Source of the DNA: Pseudogymnoascus verrucosus
Lineage: Eukaryota
DNA: 64,000 bases
Reading direction: 5' to 3' (one strand)
Assembly (NCBI GenBank): GCA_001662655.1
Contig: KV460226.1
Below are positions 12,738 through 27,108 of the stretch, in pieces (positions within the stretch are counted from its first letter, which is position 1; the number at the start of each line of letters is the position of its first letter). Both the position numbers and the translations under genes were made by a program. The notes below the pieces were generated by a model. The model ran no database searches and had not been told where the DNA came from. It saw only the letters and a program-made list of their open reading frames with translations.

Positions 12738-15148
12738 ATGCCGATTAGAAGTGGCCAAAGGCCGAGCTTGACGCAGAGTCTTGATCGTGAGGTGGGTTTT
12801 GCGAGAAAAGTTGTGAGGAAATATTCTAATCGCTCCAGATATACCAAGTTGTTCGCAAAATCGCCGACGAGCAGGCTGAGCGTGAGGATGGTGGGAAGAG
12901 ACTTTCTACCTCGATAGTATACGACAGCATTAAGAATTCGAATTCAAGCCTGAAGCGCAGACCGAAGAAGTTGCTCGAGGACTCGATCGATCGTGTTCTA
13001 CTGGTTATAAAAGAGGAGCAGGATGATAGCGAGGCTTCACTAGATGGGGATTTTGATGGGATCGCCGATGCTGCACCTGTAATGAAGGAGCACAATGTCA
13101 TGAATAGGAGCATTACGAAGTTGTGGGCACAACCAAAGGCATCCCTCACACCAAACACACAGTCAGATGGCGCCTTAACGACAGGACAAACCACACCCTC
13201 AACCCCAACCCAGGCAATCGATGGAGATGCGACAACACCTGGCAAGGCCGACAGACACACAAATGGAGAGCCACACAAGAAGCGCCGTAAGGCAGAGAGA
13301 GAACCAAAGAAGGAAGTCGACCGCACTCCACCCGCAGACATCTCTCTCGCCAACCTCGGCGGTGTCGACGCCGTTATCGAAGAACTGAATGAACTCGTCG
13401 CCATGCCTATGCTCTACCCCGAAACCTACCTCCGCACCGGCATCCAACCACCCCGCGGTGTTCTCCTCCACGGCCCACCCGGATGCGGCAAGACCATGAT
13501 CGCCAACGCTTTCGCATCCGAAATAGGCGTCTCCTTCATCCCCATCTCGGCGCCGTCGCTCGTAGCCGGTATGTCCGGCGAGTCCGAGAAGAAGATCCGC
13601 GAGATCTTCGACGAGGCGAAGAAGATGGCGCCATGTCTCGTCTTTATCGATGAGATCGACGTTATCATGGGGAAGCGTGAGAGCGCGCAGCGTGAGATGG
13701 AGAAGCGTATCGTTGCCCAGATGTTGACGTGTATGGACGACATGGCACTGGAGAAGACGGACGGAAAGCCCGTCATCATCATCGCTGCCACCAACCGACC
13801 CGACAGCATCGACCCTGCGCTCCGCCGTGCAGGACGCTTCAACAAGGAAATCAACCTCGGCGTACCGAACGAGGCGTCGCGCGAGAAGATCCTGCGCGCG
13901 CTGACGCAAAAGCTCATGTTGCCCGATGAATTCGACTTCCTCAAGCTGGCCAAGATGACCCCCGGTTTCGTCGGCGCGGATCTCAACGACGTCGTCTCAG
14001 TCGCCGGCACAGAAGCGATGAAGCGCATGATGACCGCCCTCAAGCAGCGCGTCGTAGACACCCCCCTAACCCCCCCAACGACACTGTCAACAGACGTCAT
14101 GGAAATCGACAGTGTCCTCACCACCGCCTCTAACTCCGCCATCACCACCACCACCACATCCACCGACCTAACCGCTCACCCTACCCCTCTCTCCGCCCCC
14201 CTCCGCCTCCTCCGCAGCCTCGTGAAACACGCCGGCGAAACCCCCCCCGACGGGGACTTCTCAATAACCTACTCCGACTTCCTCGCCGCGATCCCCAAAG
14301 TCCAGCCCTCCGCTCGGCGCGAAGGGTTCGCCACAATCCCCGACACGACATGGGCGCACATCGGAGCCCTCCACACCGTGCGCGAGCAGCTGACTATGGC
14401 GATCATCGAGCCGATCCGCCGCCCTGCCGCGTTCGCGCGAGTGGGTATCACGGCACCTACTGGTGTCTTGCTCTGGGGTCCCCCGGGGTGCGGTAAGACG
14501 CTCCTTGCGAAGGCGGTGGCGAACGAGTCGAAGGCGAATTTCATCTCTATCAAGGGTCCCGAGCTGCTTAACAAGTACGTCGGCGAGTCCGAGCGCGCAG
14601 TCCGTCAGGTCTTCGAGCGCGCTCGCTCTTCCGTGCCTTGTATCCTTTTCTTCGACGAACTCGACGCACTGGTGCCGAAGCGCGAGGACTCCTTGTCCGA
14701 AGCAAGCAGCAAAGTCGTCAACACCCTCCTCACCGAACTCGACGGCCTCAGCAGCCGCGCAGGCATCTACGTCGTCGCCGCCACCAACCGCCCCGACATG
14801 ATCGACCCCGCGATGCTACGCCCCGGCCGCCTCGGAACAAGCGTCTTCATCGACCTCCCCAACGCGGACGAGCGCGTCGAGATCCTGCGCGCGCTATATG
14901 AGAAGGCGCTGCCGGGGGCGGTGATGGAGGGGTTGGAGGAGGTGGCGAGGGATAAGAGGGCGGAGGGTTATTCAGGGGCGGATTTGGGGAATTTACATCA
15001 GGCTGCTGCGGTGGCGGCTTTGAGGAGGGATGGGGGGAGTGAGGAGGTGAGGATTGAGAGGGTGGATTGGGAGGTTGCGCTTGGGTCGGTGAAGCCGAGT
15101 GTTAAGGATGCGGGGAAGTATCGGAGGTTGAAGGAGAGGGGGATGTAA
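12738..15148 (+). CDS. RIX7: Type II AAA-ATPase Rix7/NVL (60S biogenesis)
   Basis: Two AAA modules (GPPGCGKT twice, Walker B IDEID and FDELD); [16 protein letters not shown]; short first exon from 12738 followed by an intron ending at 12838. Confidence 0.92.
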
Positions 15149-15696
15149 GGGTAAGGGGGGTCTTGGGAATGATTTGATGATGATGGTGGGGTTATGCAGT
15201 TTTTCAGGAGTTGGAGATGGAGATTATGGATGTTGTTGGTATGCTTCTTTGATTTTGTGCATCTGTGAAGTCTATATTATATGTGTTTTGGCCGTGACAA
15301 AAGTCCTCCCAACCTTTAATGCTTCATGCCTTGCGTGGGTATCATGCTTCCATACAAACAGTGCAAAAAAGTATATGCCCCTGTCCACCAATATATGCTC
15401 CTCCCAACCGCCCTCCCCACGCCAAGTTGTTAATGAACAACTCCCGTCTATATAAACCTACTCCTGCTGTATGTGTTAAAACCACAAGTCAGCCACCTCC
15501 CACCGAAAGGTGCATCGTCCACCATCCAAATCTCGTCACGTCTAATCCAAGGCGTCAGTATACTCCAACACAGCCGAGCATATAATTGCAACCTACTATT
15601 CGTCCCTCATACCCCTTCCACACCAGTATTAAACCATAAAACTTCAAGCCATCGAATGCCTCATCCCAATCGTCCACCAAACAGATCAACCACCAA

Positions 15697-18621
15697 TCAA
15701 TCCAACACAATAACCTCTCCAGGCCTCGGCGTACTCCTCGAATACATCTTCGGCCCATTCAGCGCCGGTCCCGGAGCGACTTCATACCGCACCTCACCCC
15801 CCTGCGGCCTAACCTGTCGCGTTACATATCTTGGATCCCTGAGATCCTCTTGCGGTCGTGTACGAACTTCCCCGTACTGCTGTTCTCGTGAAGGGCTAAT
15901 ATGACAGAGAATAGCGTCAGCGAACTGACAGGGAGGAAGAGAGAGAGAGAGAAAGATAAAACGCTAGACTTACACACGTCGATACTCTACAGGCTGCGGC
16001 TCAAAATCGCCGTATGGACGTTCGACTGGTTGGAGTCTGGCTGGTAAGGCAGAATGGGGACGTTCAGTAGCTGGTAAAGGTCTCGCTTGTAACTCAGAAC
16101 GCGGACGATCGGCTTGTGGAGGTCTGGCCGGTAAATACACCGGTACAGGTTCACGAGACTGGTACTCTGCCTGCTCGCGGGTCACTGCAACAGGGCGCTG
16201 ATAGTACTGTGGCTCCTGAGCAGCATAGCGCTGTTCATACGCTCCCGGTGGACGGTTATCAGACACATAAGCGGCCGGCCGCTGCTCTACAACTCGCTGC
16301 CGTATAGGCGCCTGAGACTCACCTCGCTGCGCACGATCATCTAATGAAAGCTTACCAAAAGCCGCATTGTGATCTGGCACGTGTCTGACATGCCGAAGCT
16401 CTCTGGGCGCCAGAGGCTGCTTGCTATCGACGACAGCATTCTGAGGGAATGCATTATCATACCGACGCGCCTCTATCCCCTGAGACGACGCAGCCAACGA
16501 AGACGAAGGAAAGAAACGATCATCAGCACGCGCTACCGGACGAAGACGCACATACTCCACGCCCTGGCTCGCGGGCTGAAAGATGCCAGGGTCCGCAGCT
16601 ACGCGGCGGCGCTTAGGCACGACCTCCGGCTCATCGACGTAGATGACGTTGGAGTGGACGGGGAGGGGTCTGAAGCGCTTGGGCTCAGGCTCACCGCGTG
16701 TGTACAATACCTGTTCTTCATGGGCCCGGGGTGGGGCGTTCCTCACCTGTCGGGTACTCAGCATGATTGGTGACTCTCTTCTATCTGAGCGGTCGCTGGA
16801 CAGGTCGCCGCGCTCAATGGAGGGGAGGACTTCGTGCGGGCTAAATGGCCGAGTTGTACCGGCTAGCTGGCGCGGTTCTCGAGAGCGCGGTGCCTCGGAT
16901 CTCCAAGGTTCGGCGGATTCAGTAACTAGGGGCCGGTTCACATATTCATAGGTGGTCCGGGGTGGTGGATCTTTGTACTGATCAAGGATGTTGGATCTCA
17001 ACATTACCTCGCGTTGTACGTAGTGGCCCTGTTCTGGTGCTCGACTCACAGGTACTTGTTGGTATTGGACAGATTCCAAGGGTCGGCTGACAGGTAACTG
17101 CTTCCTGTTATCAGTACAAATGGTGCTCCCTCCTCCTATGGAACTTACTTCACGATATCTGGGCTGGTTCTCGACAACGTTTCTCTGGAGACGTTGTGGC
17201 TCTTCAGCAGGCAGCCGTTCATCACCGCCATAAAATCCGGATGCATTATTGGACAGTCTGTGAGCCTGCCTTGACTCATTATTTCTCCGGTCATCGAAGG
17301 ACGGCTGTCTGGCTGGTGCTGCATGCGAAGCTTGTTGCCTCTTCTGAGCATCTTCCCAAGCCTGATAACGCTTGAAGCCTCGCCTTGCTTGCTTATCCTT
17401 CCGCCCTCGCGCCTGCTTGTTGTTTGTCTTGGAGCGTGTGCGTGTCGCGATCTCAGAGTAAGCGTCTCCTTCACCTCCCTCGTTTCTCCTCGGATCATCG
17501 ACATGAAACTTGTTCCCATATCGAGGCGGGTTGGTCCCTTGCCGGCGTGGCGCGTCGTGCACAACTTCGCGTAGAAATTGAACCTCGTCATCATCCGATG
17601 CGCTTTCTTCCTCCTCTTCACTTTCTTCATCCGAGTCCGGAATCACGACCACTTCACGCAAGAGTTCATCCAGCTGATCCCGGCCCGTTTCTTCGTCTCC
17701 GCGCCATTTCATGATGAAATCCAGGCAGAGCGGCTCCACCACTCGCCTCGCATTGAGATAATCCGTCTCGTGTAGCAGCTTGTCGTATCGGGTGTGGTTA
17801 TGGCGGATGTGAGCGTTGGCGGCAAGCTGCACACGGCGCGAAAGTGTGAGCTCAGGCTGCAGCCCAACAACAGGTTTGCCCTGGAAGATAGCTCCTTTTT
17901 GGAAAGCATGTTGGATGATCATCTCTCGATCGGTGTTCGGAATCCTGGGGAACAGATCTCTCAGCGCCGCATCCGCTTGCTTGTTTATTTCTTCCTGAGT
18001 CTCTGGGATCTCATCTCCTGAATTCGCCACGATAGGTTTACCATCACCTGTGACAGCCTGTAATCCCCCAAGAGTAGACGCGGCCTGGTCGACAATATAG
18101 CTTCGAAAATGGAACCCTATCCGATGAATATGATCAAACAAGTTATGATTCTGCTCTTTCGTATTCTGCATCCACCTCATCAGCAACCACACTCATTAAC
18201 GCCCATCCCCCACTCCACTCCGATCAAAACCTACCGAAACAATAAAGATCATCGCCCCCTCCTCCCTCGAAACCTCCTTACACGCTCGACTCAACTCCGG
18301 ATTCCCCACCGGCACAAACGTAAACCCCGCCGGCGGCGTCTTATCATTCGTGATCGCAAACTCCAACTTCTTCTTCTTCTCCTTGTTCTCCGTAAACTCC
18401 CAGTACGAGTTCGCGTACTTGAGCTTCGCGTGCACCGGCGCCGCGACCAGGTCTGTCCGCGGCAGCAGCGGCGGCGGCGGAACACCCTTGAGCCTCGACG
18501 ATACCTTCGCTACCCTCGCTGATTCCCGGCCCTTCTTGCCCTTGCGATGCTTCTGCACTGCTGCCGGCCGGCGCGCAGCTGCGTCCGCCAGCGCGGCGCC
18601 GCGGGCTTTCTCGCGCGGCAT
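15697..18621 (-). CDS. DUF2293-like domain protein with a long low-complexity C-terminus (multi-exon)
   Basis: LRDLFPRIP...VQLAANAHIRHNHTRYDKLL...WRGD resembles DUF2293. Introns near 18167-18234, 17098-17148 and 15905-15973; last exon ends GEVIVLD* at 15697. Confidence 0.75.
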
Positions 18622-19288
18622 GGCTGGAGAGGCGCGTTGCTTACCTTACCTTTGTGCCTGGCGGCGCGGGGCCATGGTTTCTACGTTAGTTGGGATGAGT
18701 GACTGGGTACTGAGAAAGTAGTAGAGATGAGAAGGAAAACGATGTGAGTCCTGTAGTCCTGGTACTTTCGCGGACACAATCTGAAACAAAGCTGGTGCCC
18801 TGGCATATGCTGTGTGTGAGCTTTTTTTTGGGGCCGGCCTCGATAGACGGAGGTGGATGTGGTGGTGGTGAGGATGAGGCATGATCGGCGGTTCGTTTTG
18901 CCGTGTTGGAGGTGGGTTGGTTTGTAGGCGGCTAGGTACGGTAACCCGAAGGCTGCTACTATGCAGATTTTCTCTTATCCGCGATTGCGGGGATCAATAA
19001 AGTCTATGACATCATTGTGAAAGGGGTGAGTGGGTTGCCTAGCTTCTCTTGTCGAATGCTGTGACAAGCACGCACAGGGAGTCTGATTTGGAAAAGATGG
19101 GGTTCGTCACGGTTACATGATTACTCTTTGGTTAATTTTATACTAAAATTTAGCTATACTGCTATCGCGCTTTCGCTATAAACCACATATGTACTGTACT
19201 GTACTAAACTATACACGGGAGCCACCCAGGGAACCAAACACCCGCCCCATGCTCATCGTGACATATGCTCTCCCCAAGCCAGCGCGCA

Positions 19289-20588
19289 TCACTTGTCTTC
19301 AAGTGCATTGATGTGCTTCTTTAAGAACTCGAACACCGAGAAGAAGATCGCGTTGACGATGGCGGAACGGCTCATCGAAACCCCTATCCCCCTGTACATG
19401 CGTTTATTGGAGAATTGGATCTTGGGTCTCGTCATGAGGTCGCCCTTTTGGTGCAGAAGACAGTTGCGTTGATATATGCTCTTCGCCGAGTCGATGGGGT
19501 AGATCAGAGCCCAGCTTACGACTCCGCAGAGACCTCCCGCGCCGGCTACCGCTACTGGTGAGGTGGTGGTGTTGTCACCGCGGTAGGTTAGTAGGACCTG
19601 TTTGACGCTCTCGTAGGTCATGAAGTAGATTGCCGTGCCTAGAGTATCTCGGACTGGAAGCTAATGTTAGTCCATATCATGAAACGGTTCGATATGTCCA
19701 CTTACGGAGGTGGAGGCTGAACCCCGAATATAGACCCCCTAAGCCACGTGTCTTGACAATGTGTTTCGCAGTGCTCCATGTTCCTTTATTCTGGTAGCTG
19801 GCAGCAATAGTATTGCTGGATGCAGTATTGCTAGTTCCAGTTGGGTCTGTCAGGGAGCTGGTGACGGTCTTGCCAGCCATCAATACCGAGACCTGGGCAC
19901 TTAATTTGGTCAACTCGAACGGGCCTGTGTAAATTGTGTCAGTCGGCGGTCTGCTAGACGAGATGAGAGTACTCACAGGCAACTAATGTAATAAAAGAGC
20001 CAGCTGTTGCGCCTGCCGCTCCGACGCAAGCTACCGTCGAGAAGCTGGGGTAGTTCCCAGGAGTGTTGATGCGGCTCATCGGGTCCACTCCAAAGTTGCG
20101 CTTCATCCATCCCGAGTAGGTATATTTTGACCTCTGGTATACGGACATCGACACTGTCCGTACAAACGTAATAGAGGCGACAGGAGCCGTGACACCTGTT
20201 TGTTTCCGTTATTAAGAGCCCATGAGCCACAGGTTGCATCGGTTTGCATACCTCGAAAGAAGCCCCTCAGTCTCTCCGTCTGGTATGTTTTGTGGACGCA
20301 GTCGACGAAGCTGTTGTATCTGTATGTCTGCATCCGCGTCTTCACCGAGTCCAGCGGGAACTGTAATTATCACAATGATCAGCATGGGTTCCCAACTAGC
20401 TGCGGGGTAAAAGAGCGGGGACTCACAGAGAGGACGGTGGACAGGACGCTGCTGCTGCTCGCCGCGATCTCGGTCCTGTACCGCTTGAGGAGCCGCTTCG
20501 GGGGAGGAGCCGCGGAGCCAAACGGCACCGCGAAGGCCTCAGTGGGGGCCTGGGGGTAGGCATTCTCAGTAGGTGGTATTCGGCTCAT
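19289..20588 (-). CDS. Mitochondrial carrier family (SLC25) protein, multi-exon
   Basis: Three Px[DE]xx[KR] signatures: FPLDSVKTRMQ, CPFELTKLSAQ, YPIDSAKSIYQ. Substrate cannot be assigned. Confidence 0.88.
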
Positions 20589-21053
20589 GCTGTGCTGCCG
20601 CAAGGGGTGATCGCGGCCGGCGAAGGAGACAATGGCCTTGGAAGACCAATGTTCCTCAACGCAGTCGCGAAAGGGCGCGGAGCAAATAGAAGTCCATGAG
20701 CAGTTTGAAGCGACGTTCAAACTCTCGGGAAGTTGTTTCGGAGGGAGGGAAGATTAGATTGCGACCATGTTTCTTGATCGTTTATTGTCAGTGAGTGAGA
20801 ATGAGGGGAAAGAGAGTAGGGGAGTAGGGGATCAAGAGTCAAGTCAAGTGAAGTGTAAGTCGGTCTTTGGTTTGCGGGGTGTTGATAGCGCATTACCTAC
20901 AAAGTTGCTAGTACTGGATTGTTAGTACTGGAGTATGCCGCACATACACGGAAATACACTCACAAGCTGGATTCCCTCTATTGGAGTACGGTTGGAGTAT
21001 TGGAGCTGTGGACAAGGGGTGTTAGGGTGCGGGTCATGTAGTGGTTTGGACAG

Positions 21054-21255
21054 CCAATCACGGAAGGGGACGTTGAGTGTATGGGCCAATCACAGGTGAT
21101 CAGGTATCGTTAGGAAGGGAGCAGAATGGAGCCAAGTAAACCAGGGTGGGACAGGTGGGACGGGTGGCGAAATAATCCGAGATTGGGTACGTGAAGCCAA
21201 TGAAGCCAATGAAGCCATCGATGGCAATCTTTAGAGGGGGAAGCGAACCCATTGG
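21054..21255. promoter_or_regulatory. Cluster of CCAAT boxes (candidate Hap/NF-Y sites) upstream of the mitochondrial carrier
   Basis: CCAAT at 21054, 21086, 21197 and 21206; ATTGG at 21182 and 21251; the first two read GCCAATCAC. Confidence 0.45.
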
Positions 21256-22202
21256 TGTGATTTATCTGGAGTGTGTATGGTATAGTATGGTATAGTATGG
21301 TATAAGTATGGTATTGGTATAGTAGTATTGGTGATGTACGGTCGAAGAAGAAAAATAGACGCGCATTTATAGATAGATAGGTACATGAAGTCTTTTTGGA
21401 CTACATTTGCTGCATTTGCTGCATTTACTGTACGTATGTATACATAATACACTCATTTAACATCGTAAATCAGACGCGACTCATATTATCCCACATATTT
21501 ATTATCGCACATATCGCACATCGCACGTGTAGAGACGCGGCTTACCCGTTTGATCTCTCCTCTCGTCTCGTTCGTTCTTTCCCTAGTAGTATAGTCTTTC
21601 TGGCTACCTAATTTTCAGCTGATTTTCCTCATTTCTCTGCTCACCTGCTACGTGTTCCATATATTCAATAATCTCTCGCAAAAAAAAAAAAAAGACGTTA
21701 TTACTCTTTGTAATACATATAAAACCCATAAATAATCACACAAACCCCTCCCCAAGTGCTTTTACACTTTTACACCTCTATCGCGTCTCTCCAAATTAAA
21801 TCAACAAAAGTCGCGCGTTGCGGTTGTTGACGGAGCCGCGAATGAGTCACGTGCGACCCAATGAAACAAGGGGTGGCCAAATAGTTCTTAATATAAATAA
21901 GAGGTCCGCCCATTCCCTGTCTGGACTTCGAAGCTGTTAAACTCGCTTGCGCCGCGTCAAGTTAAAGAACATCACAACAACAACCAACCCAAGTCTTCAA
22001 TACTTGACTTTGGTTCTCAACTGATCTCGATTACACCTTCACTGAGTGTTGTCGCCAATTTGCAATTTATTCAGTCTACCAGTTTATATATCCAATAACG
22101 CGCTTTATCACATCAGCCTATTAATTTTATCACCCGGTTGTTGGCGCGCATTCGTAAACTTCCGCCGCTGTTGCGTTAATCTGGGGCGGGATTCGTTTGT
22201 TG

Positions 22203-25040
22203 ATGGCCGTGATGACTTCACTTCCAGATCACAACGTTCTCGAGGAGAAGTCGCACCCGGTTCCATCCTCAGACAAGATGGCTCTGGATCTGGGCATCAA
22301 CGGGTGAGTCTCCCCTCGAGCCGTCCTTGCGCTCCCCTCCCTCTCCCTCCCTCCCCTCTTGCAAAGTGTCCACAAATATTTATCTGTGAAACCCTCCAGT
22401 TCCGCAAACCGCGATGAATTAAACCACGACTCGACTCAACCCGAATCCACCCTCACCTCCAAACCCGATAGTACACCCGAAGTCGTCGCTTCAGTAACAA
22501 CTGCCAATGGTGATCATAACGCGAACGCTTTTGCATTAAATAACGCCGTGGAAAGTTCGCATACTGCCGGTGGCGCGCAAACAGAGGACGCGCCGCTTGT
22601 CGCTGAGATCGTGGACGAGACGAGCACTGCACCAACCGAGGTCGCGCAACCTTTACAATCAACAAGCGACGCGACTTCTGCCAGTGCACCTTCTGTCGAC
22701 ATCACAACACTTTCCGCCCCCGACAACCAAATCGAATTGGAGGCAACAACAATCATACCACCAGTTGTCTCTGCGACAGAATCCGATCTAAGAGAGAACC
22801 CATCACCAGTTACACAAGAAGAAGCTGCTGCGATCCAGGACGCGAAAACAGATCGCGATCTACGCGACGAGACCGAAACCCCGAACGAGCCGGTTCCTAC
22901 AGCAGAAAACGAACAACCTCAACCTAGCTCCTTCAACACCTCTGTGGGCTCGATAGATCAACTCCCATCATCCGATCCAATCAAACCCGCGAGTATGTCG
23001 AACCTCGATCTCAACACCAGCTTTCCAAGCCCCACCGTGTCAACTGCGCCATCCGCTGCTGAGCCCGCTCGGGAAGACACCGAGATGGCCGACGCGCCTC
23101 AAGCACCATCCAAGGTCTCGCGCGAACGCGAAGAAGATCCTGAGGATGAACCATCCGCAAAGCGCACCAAGCTTCAAGATGGTGAAGGTGCTGCACCCAC
23201 CGATCTACCAGCTGCACAGAATGGCGTTTCTACCCAAGCACCTGCGCCTGTCATCGAGGATGATGGACCACTTACACCATACCAAACCAAAGAGATCGGA
23301 AAGGCACTTAGATCGGCCAAGAGCACAAAGGATGGCAAGAACTTCAAAGCTGCAGTCATTGACATGTGGCCATTCCTGAAAGACGGCTATTTAGCAAAGG
23401 TCGAGAACCCGATCGATCTCGCCATCATCGAGCAGAAGGCCAAGGCGGGTTACAGCTCCATGGCGGAGTATATCAACGATATTGAGCTCCTTTACCAAAA
23501 CTGCGTAACGTTCAATGGAGCGGAACATGAGGTCACCCGCTCCGCCATCAACATTCGCGACAGCCTCATGAGCAAGCTTCCCGCCAAAGAGCCTCCGAAG
23601 GTGGAGAAGAAGAAGAAGGCTACCCCAGTCCCATCTGCGCCACGTCACGTCCAAGAGAGGCGCCAATCTCGCGGAGCCCACACTGGCGGTGCGGGATCAC
23701 CTACGACTGCCGGAGGAGTTGCGCAAACCTTTGCACTCGACCCGTCCGGAACACCTCTTATCCGCCGCGATTCCACGAAGGGGGGAGATGGTGGCCGACC
23801 AAAGCGTGAAATTCACCCACCAAAGTCGAAAGATTTGGTGTATAACGCCCGACCGAAGAAGAAGAAGTTCGCGACGGAGCTCAAGTTTTGCGAGGAGGTC
23901 CTCAATGAGCTCAAGAAGCCTAAATACCAGGGCATCAATGCGCCGTTCCTCATTCCTGTCGATCCCGTTGCGCTTGGCATCCCAGAATACTTCAAGATCG
24001 TGAAATCGCCTATGGATCTCTCGACCATCACGGACAATCTCAACAGCGGACACTACACGAACTCCAAGGATTTCGAGGCCGATATCCGTCTGATGTTCAA
24101 GAACTGCTACAAGTTCAACCCACCTTCAACTGCAGTCAATGTCATGGGACAAGAGCTTGAGGCAATTTTCAACTCTGAGTGGCAGCGCAAGGGACAGTAC
24201 CTCGCTGATCACGCAGTTTCCAGCGCTGCCACTCCTGAGAGCTCCGGCGAATCTGGTGATGATGAGAGCGACGAGGAAGAGCCCGAGGAGGACCACAACT
24301 CCGGCGCAGCAAACATTATTCAAGCTCGTCTAGTTGAGGAGCAGAAGAAGCTCATCGAGATCATGTCTGCGAAGAAGGCTGACCAAGCACTGATCCGCAT
24401 GCAACAAGAGATGGTCGCCATCGTCCAGAAGCAAGTTGACGAGGTCGCCAAGCGCTCAGCCGCGACCAAGAAGTCCAAGTCCAAGCCTGCCAAGAAGGCC
24501 GCGGGTGGCAAGAAGGACACCAAGGCTGCCAAGTCTAAAGGCTACCGTCCCAAGAACATTGGCTTCGCCGAGAAAGAGCAAATCTCCAACGGCATCGCCC
24601 AGCTCGAGGGTCGCCCTATGGAGCAGGCCATTGCCCTGTTGAAGAAGGATCTCCCAGACCTCGACCTCGAGAACAACCCTGAGCTCGACATCGACCAGTT
24701 CAGCAACAGCACTTTGAGCAAGCTGCACGATCTCATTCAGCGCTATGCGCCTCACTGCATCCCAGCGCCTGAGCCGCGCGCGCCACGCGCCCAGAAGCCT
24801 GCGAAGCCCAAGAAGAACAAGCCAATGAGCAAGCACGAGCAGGAGAAGAAGATCGATCAGCTCAGACAGCTCGAGCAGCAATTCAAGCGCCACGGCTCAT
24901 CGGAGGAGGCTAAGGTTGTGCCTTGTGAGTATTCCCATCTACATTCTGTGGATAGTTCAGTAACTAACATCCAACCAGCTGTCGAGCAGTACATGTCTTC
25001 GTCTGGGGATGAATCTCCCTCTGACTCGGAGGAGGATTAG
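22203..25040 (+). CDS. BDF1: BET-family double-bromodomain protein Bdf1
   Basis: Two bromodomains (second: PFLIPVDPVALGIPEYFKIVKSPMDL...NCYKFNP), ET domain (EKEQISNGIAQL...ELDIDQF) and C-terminal SEED. Introns 22304-22399 and 24925-24978. Confidence 0.93.
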
Positions 25041-25963
25041 ATCTTCAGATGCACTGCTAATGCACGCTGCACACTTGCTGCACAATCCGCCGCTTGCGCT
25101 CTTCTTGTACATCGTTCGCCGCCATCACAATTACTCGCTGCCACCCCCTGGCCTCGCGCGCCGCGCACCGCCAAAGTCTCGCTGCTATATGAACCGCCCA
25201 CCCACGCCAAGAACCTCGGGCAATCAGTTTTTTTTCAACCCATGCATGCACGACCCGGTGGAGCAGCGAGAGAAATTATCTGTATTTATAGGATTCGGAA
25301 AAGTTGTCGCCATCGCCATGAGGGGATGTATATTATGTCACAATTAGCTTCTTCAAGGGGAGGACTGAGATACGGGGAGGAGGGAGGTATGAGGAGGATG
25401 TTTGGAGAGATGAGAGGATGAGGAGATGAAATGGGGTGGGGATGAGGAGCGTCAGACCGAACCTGCTGGATGGTTTTCGTTGCGGATGTGTTTTTGCTTC
25501 TCCAGGCAGGCAGGGCGACTTGCGGGGTTGAATCTGGACGGAGATGATGGGACGGGAGTGCTACTATCTGGATCGGAGATGAAGCACTTTGGTGGACCTT
25601 GGGGCAGGGGAGGGGTGATTACCTGGTTGTCTGGCGCGGGAGGGGGGAGGTTAGATAGATGTCCTTGGTGCGATTGCTGAGGGAGTGAGTAGGAAGAGAT
25701 AGCTACGCGATTTGCATCGTCCCTCGGCCTCGACTTCGCGGTCCTACTATGAGAGATGGATACGGAGACCAATAGCTACCAGCGCAAGCAAATCAAAAAT
25801 GAAGAAACTGATAATAAACCACATGTGTGCTATGCAATATCTGTCGTGCCATGGCTGTAATGTAATGACTTGATTGTATTTCTATAGATTACTCTATCCC
25901 CAAACTCCGACCTTTTTATTTTGACTCCTCTTACGACAGACAGACAGACAGCAGCGATACCAC

Positions 25964-27108
25964 CTAACTAACCTCCACCCCCTCCAGCCCATCCAGAACC
26001 TCCTCCACAACCCCACTCGACAACACCCTCCCCACCATCCTCTTCACCATCTCCCTCCCCGTCCCCCCCCTCCTCGCACTCCACACCCCCTCTTCCCCCC
26101 CCGTCTCAACCTTCGCCGCTGCATCCCCCCCCGTCGCCGTATTCAGATAATTCGGCACCCCTGGCGGCGTCAACCTCGCCGGCGGATCAATCGTCCTCGC
26201 GCTCAATAATCTAATATCCCTCTTCCTCCCCTCACCACCAGCACCTTGCATATCCACATCCCCCCCTTCATCGCTTGTAGTCGATCGATCCGCGACCGAA
26301 ACAGCGAGCACGGCATCCGCAACGGCAAGTTCCTCCTTACTTGGGTCGAAGAGGACGTTCTCCCCGACTGCGATGACGAGGATGGTGACTGGTGGACGGG
26401 AGGTGCTGGTGTGGCGAGGGTAGAGAGGGACGGCGGCGTCCCAGTCGTCGTTGAAGAGGGGGTCTTCGTCGCGCTCGGATTTTAGGGCTGGGAGGCGGGT
26501 GGAGAGGAGGGCGAGGTAGGTGGTTAGGGAGAGGAGGGGGAGGGGGTAGGAGAGGGGTGGGGAGAGGAGGAGGATCTGTGGGGTGTTAGCGCGCTCGGTC
26601 TTCAAATATGGGGAGACTTTGGGGTACGAACGTCGATATAAAGCTTCCAATGAAACCTCCGATTAATCCACAACCTCGGCGTGAACGACCCATCCGCCAA
26701 CAACGCCTCCGCCAGAATCGAACTCAGCACAACAGGCATCGCATCATCATCCCTAAAGCCCGGGATATCAATACTCAGCTCCACCCACTTATTATCCCCC
26801 CCCTTCTTCCCCCCCCTCCCCTCCTCATCCTCCTCATCCACATCCACGAATCCCTCGCCCGCGCCTGGCTGCTGCGCCGTGCGCTCGACTTCCGCTTTGA
26901 TCCCGACGATGGCCTCGGTGCCGTCCGCGAAGCAGATGCGTGCGGATCCGTTGGTGGAGGGCAGGATGTCGGTCTCCGCGGCGAGGGGGCGGAATTGGGT
27001 TGCGGTGCGCGAGTCGGGGCGGAGGGGGGGGTGCAGGGAGAGGGAGGTGTGGAGGTAGGAGAGCTCGGCGGGGGAGAGGAGGAGGAGTTGTGTGGAGGTT
27101 GGTGCCAT
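25964..27108 (-). CDS. RRP42: Exosome RNase PH-like subunit Rrp42 (2 exons)
   Basis: LSPAELSYLHTSL...RPDSR...FRPL.AETDILPSTNGSARICFADGTEAIVGIKAEV; HWKLYID-ILLLS...SYPL across an intron at about 26578-26632. Confidence 0.88.

Noticed and set aside
13199..14163. Long antisense ORFs in RIX7 (likewise in BDF1, TRP2, the MFS gene and RRP42)
   Set aside because: Shadow ORFs expected from GC-rich codon bias on the opposite strand.
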